Source of the DNA: Octopus vulgaris
Taxonomy: Eukaryota
Length of the DNA stretch: 64,000 nt
Direction of reading: 5' to 3'
NCBI GenBank assembly: GCA_951406725.2
Contig: OX597825.1
Location: 54,560,001-54,624,000, forward strand
The translations under genes and the position numbers were made by a program. Below the pieces are notes generated by a model, which was not told the DNA's origin, did not search any database, and was given only the letters and a program-made list of their open reading frames with translations. Positions 40,704 to 55,651 of the stretch are shown piece by piece. How positions within the stretch are numbered: position 1 is the first letter of the stretch; each line of letters begins with the position of its first letter.

Positions 40704-41529
40704 AACAATATATGTTAGATTATTTCACTAAAACTATCCTTCGTCTTGAAAGCCAGAATAATCTGTACTATCAAACAGCTATTAACTATCTGCAAAACAC
40801 GTTTGAATCCCGGAATAGTATACAACTATTACGTTTGGGACGAAAGTTCTACCATAGTCAGAAATATATTAAACTTTATCCAAAAATGACCATCAAGTTG
40901 ACGTGTTGTGTAAATCCATCCAACTGCAGACATGCTTTCTCACTTCCTTGGTTTTTCTAATGAAACTAGATTTACCTTTGCACCTCGAAACTGGTTACTC
41001 TGTCCCAACTCCACTCAGGTATTACCAACATTCTCCTCTCATCCCATATATTGTATCGTCGGTAGTTGTGCTAACCATTACAGCAAGTTTATCATATGAA
41101 CCACTACTCTCTGGAATTTCAGCCCTGCACATGATTTTTCCCCCTGTGATCGATTTCCAACTTCTCAAAAGGCACCACAACGACGTAGCCAGTTTATGGT
41201 TGCCTTTCAAATCCATGATACAGCAATTCTTTCAATGAAAAATCAACAAAAAAGTCTAATATTCTATTCTTTATTTTAAAATGTCTTTCCGTAATCGCAT
41301 GGTTCTTTATATTCTCTTTCTTTTGCTTATTTAAGCTTTTATTCACTTCTCTTGCTACGTATTTCTCTTCAAAACTTTCGGTTACCCAGCATTTGTTTTG
41401 TATTTGTTCTCTTCCTTGAAAAACAGAATATCATTTCATGTTCATGTTTTGTAGCTATTTGAATTAGTTTTTCAATATTCATTACTAAATTTTTTAGTCC
41501 TACTGTGGATATTTTATAATAGTTTTCTA

Positions 41530-42450
41530 GCTAAAGCTGTCTCTTACCTTCGTGCATTCGTGCTGAATAATTTTTTCTATGTTTGATATTCGATTTTGTT
41601 CTCTGTGTACAGTCATTTTTTTCTTGGTTCTTGTCTGGTCGTATAATTCATTTAGCGTCCAGTTGAGAATATTATAAGTATTTCCTATTATTACTGAGAC
41701 AGCTGAAGTAATCAAGCAGTTTTTTCTTGCATTTAGTTTAGTTTTAAGTATTAAACTAATGTGTCTCTAATATTCCTTCGTAACCTTTTCTTCCATTTGT
41801 GTGTGTTGTACACTGTCTACCTCATTAATACCTAAGTATTTGGAAGTCTGTGTTTCTTCTTATTTTCTTATCTCAGTTCCTTTATCTAACATGACATCGG
41901 TGTTCTTAATTAATTTTTCTCTCTTTAAGATTACCTTGGAGCATTCTAGTAACCTATAGTAAAACCGTGCAATGTCTGTAACTATCTCTCTACTTGTTTA
42001 TAATCTGCGGCGTATAAATTTAGGTCGTCCAAAATGGCCGATTGTCTTACCATAGCATTTCTGTCGAAATTCAGTTGTTTGGAATAGTGGTTGAATGTCT
42101 TAACACCAAGCACTAAAACGTATAGGGAAAGGAGTCTCTTCTTTAATTAGAGAGAGAATTAGTTTTCATAATTTCCTCTTTCGTCTTTATCACAGTTAAT
42201 GTCTCCAGAATCCACGTGTGGTGAAATTGCTTCTGATAGATAATCTACCAAACTTAGGCTTTTTTCCTTCCTTTCATACACTTCGATTTTAACTTTCTTG
42301 GTCAGTAATTGATATTTACATGGATATGATCCTGGTCAATATCTGTTGCCAATAACTGTTTTGTTAATTCGAAAGCTTAGTTGTTTTATTCCCAGAGATT
42401 TTTCAGCAGTTAATGCCTTGTATGGTGTAGTAAGACAAATTTTGAATGGT
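41530..42450 (-). pseudogene. Decayed R4/Dong-like LINE RT fragment
   Basis: Minus strand: LDDLNLYAA, SKYLGINE, EEKVTKEY, LILKTKLNARKN. Confidence 0.65.
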
Positions 42451-44511
42451 AATGTTTAATGTTGTACACGGCACAATCAGAAAAGAGGAAACTAAAGATG
42501 ACATTTCACTTATCTGGGTAACCTAGTCAATAAAGGGGATTAAACATACCCAGAAATAGAAACATTCAGGGTGCTCAGAACCATCTGGAGGTCACAGGCT
42601 TTATCAGGAGACACAAAACTTGGGATTTTTGCCTCACGGCAACCATAAAGCAGAGAGAATGGATAACAACCACTCAGAGTCTATTAGATAAAGAAATGAG
42701 TATAAGAGAATTTTAACAAACGCAGACTTACGAATTCTTGAGGATTAATCATCTGGGCAAAGTGAACTGAAAGTTTGCGAATTAATAGTTTCAAAAGTAT
42801 TTTGAACACATCTTGCTTTGATATTAAAAATAGAACTGAATGCCGAAAATAGTTTCCCTCCCTTGAACAACTAATAGCAGTAGTATTCTCAAGTGAACAC
42901 TAAGCGAATTGCCAAGAAATTAAATTACTCCCTTTAGAATAAACCACCTAAAAGGTGACACAGAAGGAACATATTTACATAAATACAGAACAAGAAGCAT
43001 CATTTGCAACAAGATAAGTGAAATAAACTTTTTATAAAATCCCATTGTGGGACTGGAACAATATATCAATACAATAATAAAGAAAGTTGCTTATTATCTC
43101 GATTGGAGTATCTAACTTTTACTAAGAGACCGCAATTATTAAAATCAGCACTGTCTAGAAAATTTTTATAAATTCCTATTTTGATATTTTATAATCAAGA
43201 TGTGATTTTCAAGGACTTTTATTATTGAAGATTTCCAAGGACTTTTATTATTGAAGATTTCCAATACGGTATTCAATCAAACGTCAGTTTTCTTACACTT
43301 CAAGACGACGATTTTTAACGTTTCTGTTTGTATTTCTTCTGGAAATGAAAGGCTACACATATATTTATAGAGCTATTTTCATATTTCAACAAAATAATTT
43401 CTCTAATTTATTGACTTAATGTCAGCCAATTATGTCAATTCAAGTATCCTTTCATATTTGTTGCATGTTAAAAAAAGAAGTAGCAAGCTGAATAAGTGGA
43501 TTTCATTTATTTGTCATTTGTACTAAATATAAACGGCATAATAACAGCTGTGTCCTACTATACTCACACACATGAATTCTCTTCTTTAATGATTTCGGAA
43601 AAAGTTGTATTTGTTTAATGAAATTTTTCAGATACGTTTTACATGGAGTTTGGGGTTATATCGGATTTTGCACTTGAAAAATTGCCTCGGAATTGTGGAG
43701 AGGAGTTTTGAGTAACTTACACTACTCAGTTTGTTTCTTGATACCTTTTGAAAACTACACAATTTTGCGAAAATGTTTTGCAGTAATGTTTCATATTGTA
43801 TAGATTACGATTATGATGGAACTTGATGTGAAAAAAATTGAAGGAAGGTTTGGATAATTCACACACATTCTCCTTGTTTCCTCATGAGTTCTGATGAGAT
43901 ACGTGATTTATCCACGTATCCAGTCCCGTTTTTTTACATCAAATTCCAATATATATTCGTAATTTACATCATGTGAAACGTATCTCTTTGAAAACTTTGT
44001 TTAAAACTATCCATTTTTGTTTTTAGAAACACTTGGGAAAAGAAATTCGAGGGTCACACATGTGTGTGCCGATATACTGTTACGGCATAAGTCAACATAA
44101 TGCCCAATTTCTTCATAAACTCTAACGCCATGCTTAAATGTCTGGTATTGCTCTAGATTTATTTTCTAAGCGAATAAAGGATACTAAAGAAAATTGGACG
44201 CAACGTACCAGAAAAATTACACAAATTGGGAATCGAATGTGTAAATGTAGCTGGGAAAGCGCCGGGAAGGCGATGTTTTACTGGTAATAAGGAATAACGT
44301 TTAATTAATACCAGTACCAACAACGAAATAAAAAAAAAGTATAATTTCTGTCTTCAAGAAATTCAGCAATTAAAATCGAGAATTAGAAATGTGAGACATT
44401 TTGAAGAGTCTGGGGAAATAGGAACTGAGGCTATTAAAAAAGTGTAGACAAAGTTAAGATAAAATATCATAGAATGACGTTGGGAAATAGATCCTTATCG
44501 ATATCTGGTAT

Positions 44512-44775
44512 ATGGAGCTCCATTGCTTAGTGGTTAGTGTACTGGATTCATGATCGCAAGATTGTGGTTTCGATTTCTGAACTGGGCAGTACGTCGTGTT
44601 TTTGCTTTTTTTTTTTATCAAAACTCTTCATTTAACGTTGCTTCAGTCCACTCTGGTGGCAACATTGAATAATCCTGCAACGGATCGTCGTTTCGTCCAG
44701 TGGGGGAATATATATGCCACAAGAAACAGGGAAATCGGCCTTACGAGTCTATATGATTCGGGAAGGGGATTTATA
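44512..44775 (+). mobile_element. SINE family C variant
   Basis: Colinear with 17560-17800. Confidence 0.65.
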
Positions 44776-45059
44776 CTTCTTTTTCATCTGTGCTATCACT
44801 AAGTGGAGTCGAGATAGCTACAGAAAATATCTCTTCAATATGAATACCCTCCTCAAAATTAGAGAATCTTAGAAGAATATTACCAAAGCCTTCCCAATAA
44901 AAACAACCAAAATCTTTTTCAATCAAAAATTATACAAATACTAAATGCAGAATTTTCTAAATTACATTTTTCCCTTTCGATAATTTTTCCAACGTGGTAT
45001 AATATTTTTCATTTGCATGCTACAAATTCCATCAACTGAGGTGAATTTAATGTGCGTTT

Positions 45060-45370
45060 CATGTTTTACCTTTAAGTCTTATTTAAGTTCTTCTTGAGAG
45101 AGTTCAAGCCGGTCGCTAACAAAGCAAGGAGAGAGCTCCTGGTGTTTGTAAATGTGTGGTTGAGTTGGTGTGTTGGTTGAACTGCAGATGCATACACCCA
45201 ATTGTGCGCATCTATTCACATAAGAATCTGAAACGAAGAATTTTTGGAATGTCTTACAAATCTTCACTATTCCTCTAACAGATTGGATGTGAAGAATCCT
45301 CGTCAGTTTATTTTGTTGTTTCTCCGTGAAACCGAGTATTTCTAGGTTTTTCCGCGAATATGTTGCCATA
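45060..45370 (-). mobile_element. RLE-type non-LTR retrotransposon 3' fragment next to (TATG)n
   Basis: NLEILGF...[19 protein letters not shown] resembles RLE LINE C-termini. Confidence 0.5.
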
Positions 45371-45371
45371 C

Positions 45372-45402
<31 letters not shown>

Positions 45403-45582
45403 TGGATGGATGGATGGATGGATGGATGGATGGATGGATGGATGGAAGAATTGAAAGATGTATTTATGTATGTATGTAAGATAGGTAGGTAGGTAGGTAT
45501 GTATGTGTGTAGGTGTATGGTTGTGTGTGTGTGCGTATGCGTGTGTGTGTGTGTGTATGTGTGTGTGCGTGCGTGTATTGCT

Positions 45583-46400
45583 ACATCATCATCATCATTG
45601 TTCGACCGTAGTCGAGACAATGGAATTTACCATGCTACGCCAGATTTCACGGTCCATCATGGCATTACGGAGGTCCTGTTGCAGGATGCCTGTATCCCTG
45701 GAGATTACATCACGGGAGGAGAGAACGTTCTGGCACTGGACAAAATACATTGCGGCAATCGACACATCCCTACTCCTAAATTCCATACCTTGTGCTTATA
45801 CTTTTTTAAAGATATTTTTCCCTTTTCTTTTTGCTTGTTCGACGGTTTTTATATGGTTTTCAGCAATCGTTATATCTTCCTCATCACAAAGCGATAGACT
45901 GGCGCTGTAGATTACTTTTGTTTCCAGACTAACTATATATTTCTTTCTTTTCAAAGATGAGTATAAAGCGATTTCTCCAGCCATTGCAGTTGGAACCTAA
46001 AACTTGTTGCTCTTCTCCTTAACTCGGTTAACTTACGTTTCTAGTTTCCAAGCCTAATATTTCTAGGGGTTTTTTCAGGCAATATAGCATACGTATAGCA
46101 AAACAGATATTTACTTTGAGCTATTAATCGCAAGGTCTTTGTCTCAGCGTTCTGGTATCCTAGATTCAATAGGAATTATAAATACAGTTTGACACCCACT
46201 GACCGCATGTCACTTGTCGTTAGTTCTGTTTTAACTACCCGTTCGTACGAAAGTAACAACTATCCCCAGCTCTTTATCATTTCTGATGTTCTTTATTGTC
46301 GCACACGCATTTATTTCGCTCATGGTCAGCATAACAGTGAGAGCTGCTTGCAAGAATGGAATTAAACACTAGCATAAGCATGGCTTCCAAAGAGGAGGTG
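45583..46400 (-). mobile_element. RTE-like LINE 3' part, internally deleted
   Basis: DVISRDTGILQQDLRNAMMDREIWRSMV C-terminus, very short 3'UTR and (TGA)n tail, typical of the RTE clade. Confidence 0.7.
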
Positions 46401-47726
46401 GGAGTCTTTTATGTTGATTTCTTCCGGGTTCTCCTTTTGGTTGATCAGTAAAACTTCTTTTGAAGTTCTTCCTTTCCACCCGCTTGCTTTCTCTTTAACC
46501 TGCTGTACCCGAGGGTTTGTCACTCCTCTCCAGTTTCATTCTCTTTTACTGTTAATGAGAGCCCGTGTATTACAAAATGTCAACAAGATTTGTGAAAATA
46601 TAGACACATACGCGCAATATGTATGAAATATCTAAGTCACCCTTATTTTGTATATCTGGTTACATAGCTAAAAAGGCAGACAGATTGATAGATATCTACA
46701 GATATGTATACATACATATATGTATATAGATTTAGACATTTATATACGTTCATGTACAGGTCGATATCGATAGATATGTATGAATCTGTGTGTGGAATAT
46801 GTGTGTGTATGTGTGTGTTCGCATGCGTTTTATTTTATCGGCCTTCCTGTGTCAACAAAATACAGAGCCAGGCAAATAGTAGGGTCGATATATAGTCCAT
46901 TATTCTCCTCCTTTGTTATTTTTTTCATTTCTTATAAAAGTTTTAGAGTTTATTCTTTCGCCATTTATGTTTGTTCAAGTGTGTATGCTTGGAATTTACA
47001 AATATTTATGTTTGTCCTATTGTCAACTCTCAGTTTTATTTTTTGTTTAACTCGTGATTTTTTGTTTTGTTTTGTAAAATATTTCAAAATAATTGTCGAA
47101 AATTTTTGGTGCATATCCGCTGCGATCACGTTTGCAGTTAGCACCTCCTCCTGTCCCTACAGAAGAATTTATATTGAATTACGAGTAACAGTATTTGCAA
47201 AATGTATCAAATGTCTAAGACAAACCTTATTTTGCAACCCAACGTAATGGAAGGGTCATTTGAATATCCCAGTAGAGCAAAACTATTATTTTATATAATA
47301 AAACGTGTTAAAGATTTTAAATTTTCTGGTGCTATGTTACAAGTTTCCAACACCACTAACATTACTACCAACAACAACAGCAAAACTACTCACACGATCA
47401 ACACCGAAATCAAATATAAAGACAACGTTTTTCCAATCAATAATAATAAACAACAATGCCCCAGCATCAGAAATACTACCACGAACGTCAATAACAACAA
47501 TATTAGCAACATCTACAACTGAAACAAGAACAACAAATCGTAATTGCTTCTCACTTAGGCACAAGGGCAGAACTTTTCATGGAAGGGTTGGTCGATTAAA
47601 TCAACCCAGTCTTTTTATAGATAATTTATTTGAGTTCGACAAGATTCAAAATTAGAACATAAAAAGTCGAAAGTAATGCTGCTAAGAATTTTTCTGACTC
47701 ACTAACGACTCCTCCAATTCACCACC

Positions 47727-47781
<55 letters not shown>

Positions 47782-47801
47782 CATTATTATTATTATTATT
47801 A

Positions 47802-47871
<70 letters not shown>

Positions 47872-47872
<1 letters not shown>

Positions 47873-48410
47873 TTCATATATTTGCCACAAGGGCGAAGGA
47901 TGAGGGAGACAATGCAAAGACAGACATAAAGTTTGGGGGTTTACATAAAATGAAATGATGAAAAAAAAGAGGATAAGTATATAAGGTATACACTGAAAAA
48001 GAAGGGACATATACATATTCTACAAAGATTTTTTTAAAGTGCGGCGATGAGAATGATAGAGATGTGTCCCTCATGATACACGAAGACGTCTAGGGATAAT
48101 TGAGGACCCCTAGTGTCCGAAATTTTCTTGAACTCCAAGAGCAAGTGCTGTCTCCTATTCCTTCTGCAGTTAGAGAGGTACTAACCGCTCTTCCCATTTT
48201 CGCAACTTTCACTCACCTTTCAATAAACTCACTCGAGGCCAGCACTTCTCTCTCCACTCTCAATTTCCTTTTCAGACTAGCTACTTCGTTTTCGTCAGCT
48301 CCCTGAGTCTCCCCGAAAACGTCGTCGCACTTCCTTGCCACTAATCTATAAATTCCTAAAGCAGAATATCCACTGAACTAATTGCCCGTCTGGTAGAGGG
48401 CTATGAGTGC
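47872..48410 (-). mobile_element. Tx1/L1-like LINE 3' end, internally deleted
   Basis: LKRKLRVEREVLASSEFIER...; homologous to 24103-24770; ends in (TTA)n. Confidence 0.7.
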
Positions 48411-48412
48411 TT

Positions 48413-48768
48413 GGGGGAGGAGATATCGATTACATCGATTCCTGTGTTAAATTGGTACTTGTTTTATCGACCGCCGAAAGGATGAAAGGCAAAGTCGACC
48501 TCGGTGGAACTTGAACTAAGAACGTAGGGACGGGCGAAATATGGCTGAGCATTTCGTCCAAGGCGCTAATGATTCTGCCAGCTTGCCGCCTTTAGTAATA
48601 ATATTAATAATTATCATTATCAGAGTCCAATTGGTACTTATTTCATCGACCCCGAAAGGATAAAAGTCAAAGTCGACCTCGGCGGATTTGAACTCAGATT
48701 GTAGCAACGAGTGAGGTAGCACTGAACATTTCGCCAAGCGTGCTAGCGATTCTGCCAGCTTACCGCAT
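48413..48768 (-). mobile_element. Two SINE family A copies
   Basis: Core GAAAGGAT(G/A)AAAG(G/T)CAAAGTCGACCTCGG occurs twice. Confidence 0.78.
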
Positions 48769-49719
<951 letters not shown>

Positions 49720-50397
49720 AATAATAATAATAATAATAATAATGATGTTTCCCATTTGGGGAGTATTGTATTGCATCAGTATGATTTGTTATGGTGTTTG
49801 GTTTGAGTCTTCTGTTGTATTAGTGTTTGTATTTTGTATTGTTTTTCGAGCAGGTTGTGTTCTGTTGGATATTGGGCGTGGATGGTACATATAGTTGTGT
49901 TGGTTCATTTTCTTAAATATTTACTCTATGAGTTTATTCCTGTATGCTTTGGGGAAGTGTTGCAATGTAGTATGCGTCTATCACTTCATTGTATTCGTTG
50001 TTATCTGTCCATCGCGTTTTTTTTTTTTTTGGGTTTTGTTAGTCGTTTAGGAAGTGACATTTAGAGATGTGTCCGTCTTTAAAGCATTAACGTTTAGACA
50101 AAACATCGCCTCTGAAGTGTGTTGAAGCTTCATTCATATAGTGATTGCCCGAGGCTCAAAAGACAAAATTCATTACTATTTCTTTCTCTGTTATTCTTTG
50201 TTTCTATTTATAGTGTTCTTACTAAACACTGATTATAGTACTTTCCAGTTCAGAGAAACGAGGCTTCTCGCCTCTTTGGTTAAATACATTTAAATACTGT
50301 GCGTTCAGTGTACTTTATGTCCGTGAGTGGGTTGTATAAACTTTATAATTGTTATTCATATATAAGCGAAAAACGGAGTAACTTCAATGTAAATATA

Positions 50398-50664
50398 CAC
50401 TGGCGAAAATAAATTTAAGACCGATGATAAAAGTTCTATTTCTTACAAAATATTTTGTTACTAACAAAATTTGGAACATTTATATTAATTTAGCATTAGA
50501 ATTCTTCACGTTGTATAAAAGTATTTATTTTCTGCATCATTCGAAAGAGAAATAAATTCTGTATAAGGTGTAAAATATAAAAATAATTTGTATGGTGTTA
50601 GTAACAAAATATTTTGTAAGAAATAGAACTTTTATCATCGGTCTTAAATTTATTTTCGCCAGTG
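50398..50664. mobile_element. MITE (Tc1/mariner-type), 267 bp
   Basis: Perfect 69-bp TIRs (50398-50466 / 50596-50664, CACTGGCGAAAATAAA...) flanked by TA on both sides. Confidence 0.88.
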
Positions 50665-50803
50665 TATATATAGAGAGAGGATTTGTGGAGATATGGTTCA
50701 ATAAGTTATTAAAAGTATACTCACATTTTTGCAGCAGTCTTAGTATAGAGGTATTGCAGTCCACGTACTTACATTTTCACGCACGTTTTACTATGGTGAT
50801 GCA

Positions 50804-50864
<61 letters not shown>

Positions 50865-50924
50865 TGTAGTTTCAACTTATATCTGTGGTCATGCTGGAGC
50901 ACCACCATTTTGCTACACTATTAT

Positions 50925-51472
50925 TACTGAGATCCTCCTCTAATATGTGGCACTTGGTGTAAAATGGAGTTTGATGTAGCTACCCTCATTTGCATCTCTT
51001 TCCATGAGATAGGTTCATATGTGACTCTCGACAGGAAGAGGTCCAGCCTTGATTTAAAAACGCCTACATCTACTTTGTGCAGTTTTCTCTGGCTCTTTAG
51101 GAGAATATTATAAAGCTGTGGGCCCCTGAAACCCAAGTTGTTGCAGTAACTGATCCTGAAACGTGATGGCATTGCTGGTATCTTTGACACTGAGCAGTAG
51201 CGAACCATTCTGGCATTGGTGTAGAGTCTTAGCTGTTTCAGCCTTTCCCAGTAGCTGAGCCGTTGCAAAGAGATGATCTTCTTTGTGAAGCTTCACTGGA
51301 TTGCTTCAAGGTCCGCTATTAATTTTACATTGTTGGGTGAGTATAGCTGGGAGCAGTAATCCAGGCAGCTGAGGACAAATGTCCTCCAGAGGACCACCAT
51401 GGTTTCCATATCTCAGGTTCTGAATGTTCTCAGCATCCAACCAGCCAGTCGTCTGCACTTTGTCACCATCCT

Positions 51473-51474
<2 letters not shown>
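50925..51474 (-). mobile_element. CR1-group LINE 3' fragment
   Basis: LWRTFVLSCLDYCSQLYSP...LEAIQ, RLSYWERLKQLRLY, FKSRLDLFL. Confidence 0.72.
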
Positions 51475-51540
<66 letters not shown>

Positions 51541-51576
51541 TGTATGTATGTATGTATGTATATAATAGTAAGTAAC

Positions 51577-51905
51577 ATATGGTTACAGAACTTCACCAAC
51601 GGTGCAAATAACATGAAATACGTAAGCACGAGAAAAAAATGAAAAAAACAGTTAACACATCATCAGTTGTTTGCTGTCTATCTACTCCTCATTTCGAGCA
51701 TTCAACAACAATATGACTCTTCAAAGACAGTTGCTCCCATAAATTCTAAAGTAAAATTTAAGGTTTATAGAGGTTCAAAGCTGGAAAATAAAAAAAATGA
51801 CAATGGAAACATACAAGGGAATCGAAGAAAAACAAACGTGGAGGGTCGTTAGACCAGAACGCGAGGAAAATAGTGAACGCTTTGAGAAACATTTTTTGAA
51901 AAGAG
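51577..51905 (-). repeat. Dispersed repeat (second copy ~52700-53062), probably a decayed PLE pseudo-LTR
   Basis: Shared AACATGAAATACGTAAGCA, GCTGTCTATCTACTC, GGTCGTTAGACCAGAACG blocks. Confidence 0.6.
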
Positions 51906-52220
51906 AAAAGATGGAAGAGTGAGAGAGAGAGAGAGACGTACGCTTCTTTAAACGTGCGTGTGAGAAGAAAAGATGGTCATGTGAGGAAAGGAAAGATGGA
52001 CGATAGTCACGTGTGAGTAACTAGAGAGAGATAGAAAAAAGAATAAAGGGGAGAAAGTGAGAGAGACCGATAGAAAACGGTGAAGGAGAAAGGGGAGAAA
52101 AGGGAATTTGAGATGGATGGAGGATGGAAACAGTGAAGAGTAGAAAGTGGCATCAAAAATGTGGGATGCGTCGCATTCAATTAAATAATAAATAATAAAT
52201 CTTATATATATATATATATA

Positions 52221-52384
52221 TAGGCGCAGGAGTGGCTGTGTGGTGAGTAGGTTGCTCACCAACCACATGGTCCTGGGTCCCACCCCACTGCCTGGCATCT
52301 TCCGCAACTGTCTTCTACTATAGCTTTCGGCCGTCCAAAGCCTTGTGAGTGGATTTGGTATACGGAAACTGACAGAACCTCATC

Positions 52385-52422
<38 letters not shown>

Positions 52423-52675
52423 ATGTGTTTGTGTGAGTCTGTGTGTGTATAGATTTATCTGTGTGTGTATAGGTTTGTCTGTCTGTGTCTGTCACCCCGC
52501 TATCGCTTGGCAACAGATGTTCGTGTGTTTACGTCTCTCATAACTGACGGGGTACCAAAAGGGACGGATAGAATAAGTACTAGGCTTACGAAGAATAAGT
52601 TCCGGAGTCGATTAGTTCGACCAAAGGCGGTGCTCCAGCATAGCCGCAGTCAAACGACTGAAACAAGTAAAAGAA
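52221..52675 (+). mobile_element. SINE family B copy
   Basis: Colinear with 40293-40703; sits after (TA)n. Confidence 0.82.
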
Positions 52676-53225
52676 TATATATACATACATATACGCATAT
52701 ATGGGTACAGGACGTCACCAACGGTTCAGATAACATGAAATACGTAAGCAAACGAGGGAAAAAGTGAAACACATAAACACGAGAAAATATGGGAAACAGG
52801 ACCCTTCATCGGCTGTCTATCTACTCATTTCGAGCATAATACGACAATATGTGTCTTCAAAGATAGTTGCTTCCATAAATTCTAAAAAATAAAATTGAAG
52901 TTTCATGGAGCGTGTGTATGCGTGGGTGCGTGTATTGCACAAGAAATTTCTTGGGAACAAGAAAATTACAGTGGAGACCGAACGAAAACAAACATAGAAG
53001 GTCGTTAGACCAGAACGGGAGGAAAATAGTGAACGCTGAGAGAAACATTTTTTTGAAAAGAGAAGATATAGAAGAGAGAGACAAAAACACGTCCGTTCCT
53101 TTAAACGTCCATGCAGGAAAAGAAAGTTGGACGATGGTCTCGTGTGAGCAACGAGAATGAGAGAAAAAGAGAAAGAGGAGGGAGAATGATATATATATAT
53201 ATACATGTATGTATATATGTATACG

Positions 53226-53257
<32 letters not shown>

Positions 53258-53454
53258 CATATAAATGTAATACTTTCCAGTAAAGGGTAAAATTATACAT
53301 ATATTGGTGCTTTGCTGTACCATTTATCTACTTTATGTATATATACATATATATACACATATACATATGCATATATATATATACACACACACACACACAT
53401 ATATGTACATATATGACATATAAATATATATATATATGTATAAATATATACATG

Positions 53455-53559
<105 letters not shown>

Positions 53560-54401
53560 CCCGAGTAGGCACACAAACGTGAAACAAGGTTGGAAAAACA
53601 GTACTCGAATAACGGAGATAGAGTCATATGCTTTATTATTACAAGGGCAAAATCATAACAGAAATATTACAAACTAGTGCTACTCAGAGTTTCACGTTCC
53701 CTTTCATTGGGCAGTCGTGATCAGGAATGGAATAAAAATTGAGGTCGTACGTATAATGTATGTTTTGATACGATTCACATTGACAGACACACATTTGAAT
53801 TTTATCGGTTATTTCCACTAACAGTCTTTCAGAAGTATGCAAGTTGAGACAGTAAATATACAAATAGAAAATAAAATAAAATAAAAATTAAATTAAGAAT
53901 AAAAATAAAAAATAAAATTACATAAATATCGCATTGTATAAGCTCGAAGAAAAGCTTGAGTTGGAAAAAAATCTTGGGTCAAAAATAAATTTTTAGTTAA
54001 AAAGACATCATGAAATTAATTAATGGTAAATAAATGGATAATTAATTTATATAAATGTAAGTTTTACTTCATGGGTTGAGAAAGCTCGCAGATATTAATA
54101 AAAGAGTAACGGGTGTCATTTTATATATGCAGCTCGTACGCACGTATATAAATACATGCATAAATAACTATATACTTATACATGCGAAATACATGTGCAT
54201 ATGTTCACATGAATATATCAACATACGCATATACATAAATGCACTTATACCAACACATAAGCATACATATACACATACATACAAGTACAAATATATATAC
54301 CCATAGACATACTACAAATAGATAGGTACATCTATAGATATATGTTCATACATGCATTAATACATACACACACACTTACACACACACACACACACACACA
54401 T

Positions 54402-54439
<38 letters not shown>

Positions 54440-55651
54440 GTTTAAATATTTGTTGTGCAAGATTTTTTATGTGAAGTCGTGTGTTGAAACAGATATTGTT
54501 ATATTTCGGAATGGTCATATTGCCAGTTTAGCCAATAAAAACACACGCACTATATATTTGCTGTTATTTTGCTTCAGTGATATTTATTTTTTACATTAAT
54601 CTTAATCTTATTTCGGCCAAAGTTCTTTCGTCACACTCCTGTGACCGCATCAGTGGTCCTTTGTTTTCTTCTCACTTACTTGTGTCTCTCCTTACTAACC
54701 GTCAGCCATTTTGTATTTCTATTGTATGTCTTCATTTGCGCATGCTTATATCTCTATGTGCGTCTATGTTTATTTAGTGTGTGTGTGGGGGGGATGCCTG
54801 TAATATTTGTATCTTCTGGTTATATACATTCTTGTAATTTGTATTTTGTTTTTGTTGTTGTTTTTGTTCTAATTTTGTTCATGTGTTTACATCCACCCAT
54901 TATTATCATTACATATGCTTGTATGTATGTATAACAACAATATTAGTAATAATAATAATAAATCTAATCGAAAAAAAAAAAAAAAAAAAAGAATATACAT
55001 ATACATATATATATATACATACATATACATATACATATACATATATATACATATATACACACATATATACACATATAGATATTAATTTCTATTTCTTTAA
55101 TTACCTGTGTATTTATTATGTTTGCAGGATCCACTATTGTCATATGTTGTGGTGTGCGCTATTGCTCCATTCTAGTTTTCTATTCAGGCTAGGTTTATTT
55201 TCTATTATATGTGTAGCTTCTGTAATTTGTCTAATTGTTGCATCTGTTCTATGTGTGGACAATATCTTAATCTCTATGTTATTGATTGATCCCCCGTGTT
55301 CTTGTTCGGCGTGTTGGTACAGAATCGATGAGCTTTTACCTTCCTTGAGTTGTCTCCAATGTTCATTCACCCGCTCACCAATGCTTCTTGCAGTTTCCCC
55401 TACGTATGTTACTGTCTTGTTACTGCATCGTCCCTCTATACATCTTATACTATAGACCACATTTCTGGCTTTACAGTTCGTTTGTGGGCTAAATCTACAT
55501 ACAGTGCAATAGTTATCCGTACAGAGAGTTCTACTAAAAGGATAACTTCTACCAATTATAGATCTGATAGGATTGCCTGGCTTTTCAACAACCTTAATTC
55601 TTAGTTTAAGTTTATCTAGGGTCCTTCTAAAGTAAGTGAGAAGAAAACAAA

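Noticed and set aside
43208-43264. 27-bp direct repeat, and the 39-bp repeat at 24698-24778, as CRISPR-like
   Set aside because: Simple adjacent tandem duplications without spacers, in a eukaryotic context.
43891-43925. CTGATGA followed by a perfect hairpin GATACGTG/CACGTATC, resembling hammerhead core plus stem II
   Set aside because: Followed by CAGTC rather than GAAA; no stem III or stem I closure found.
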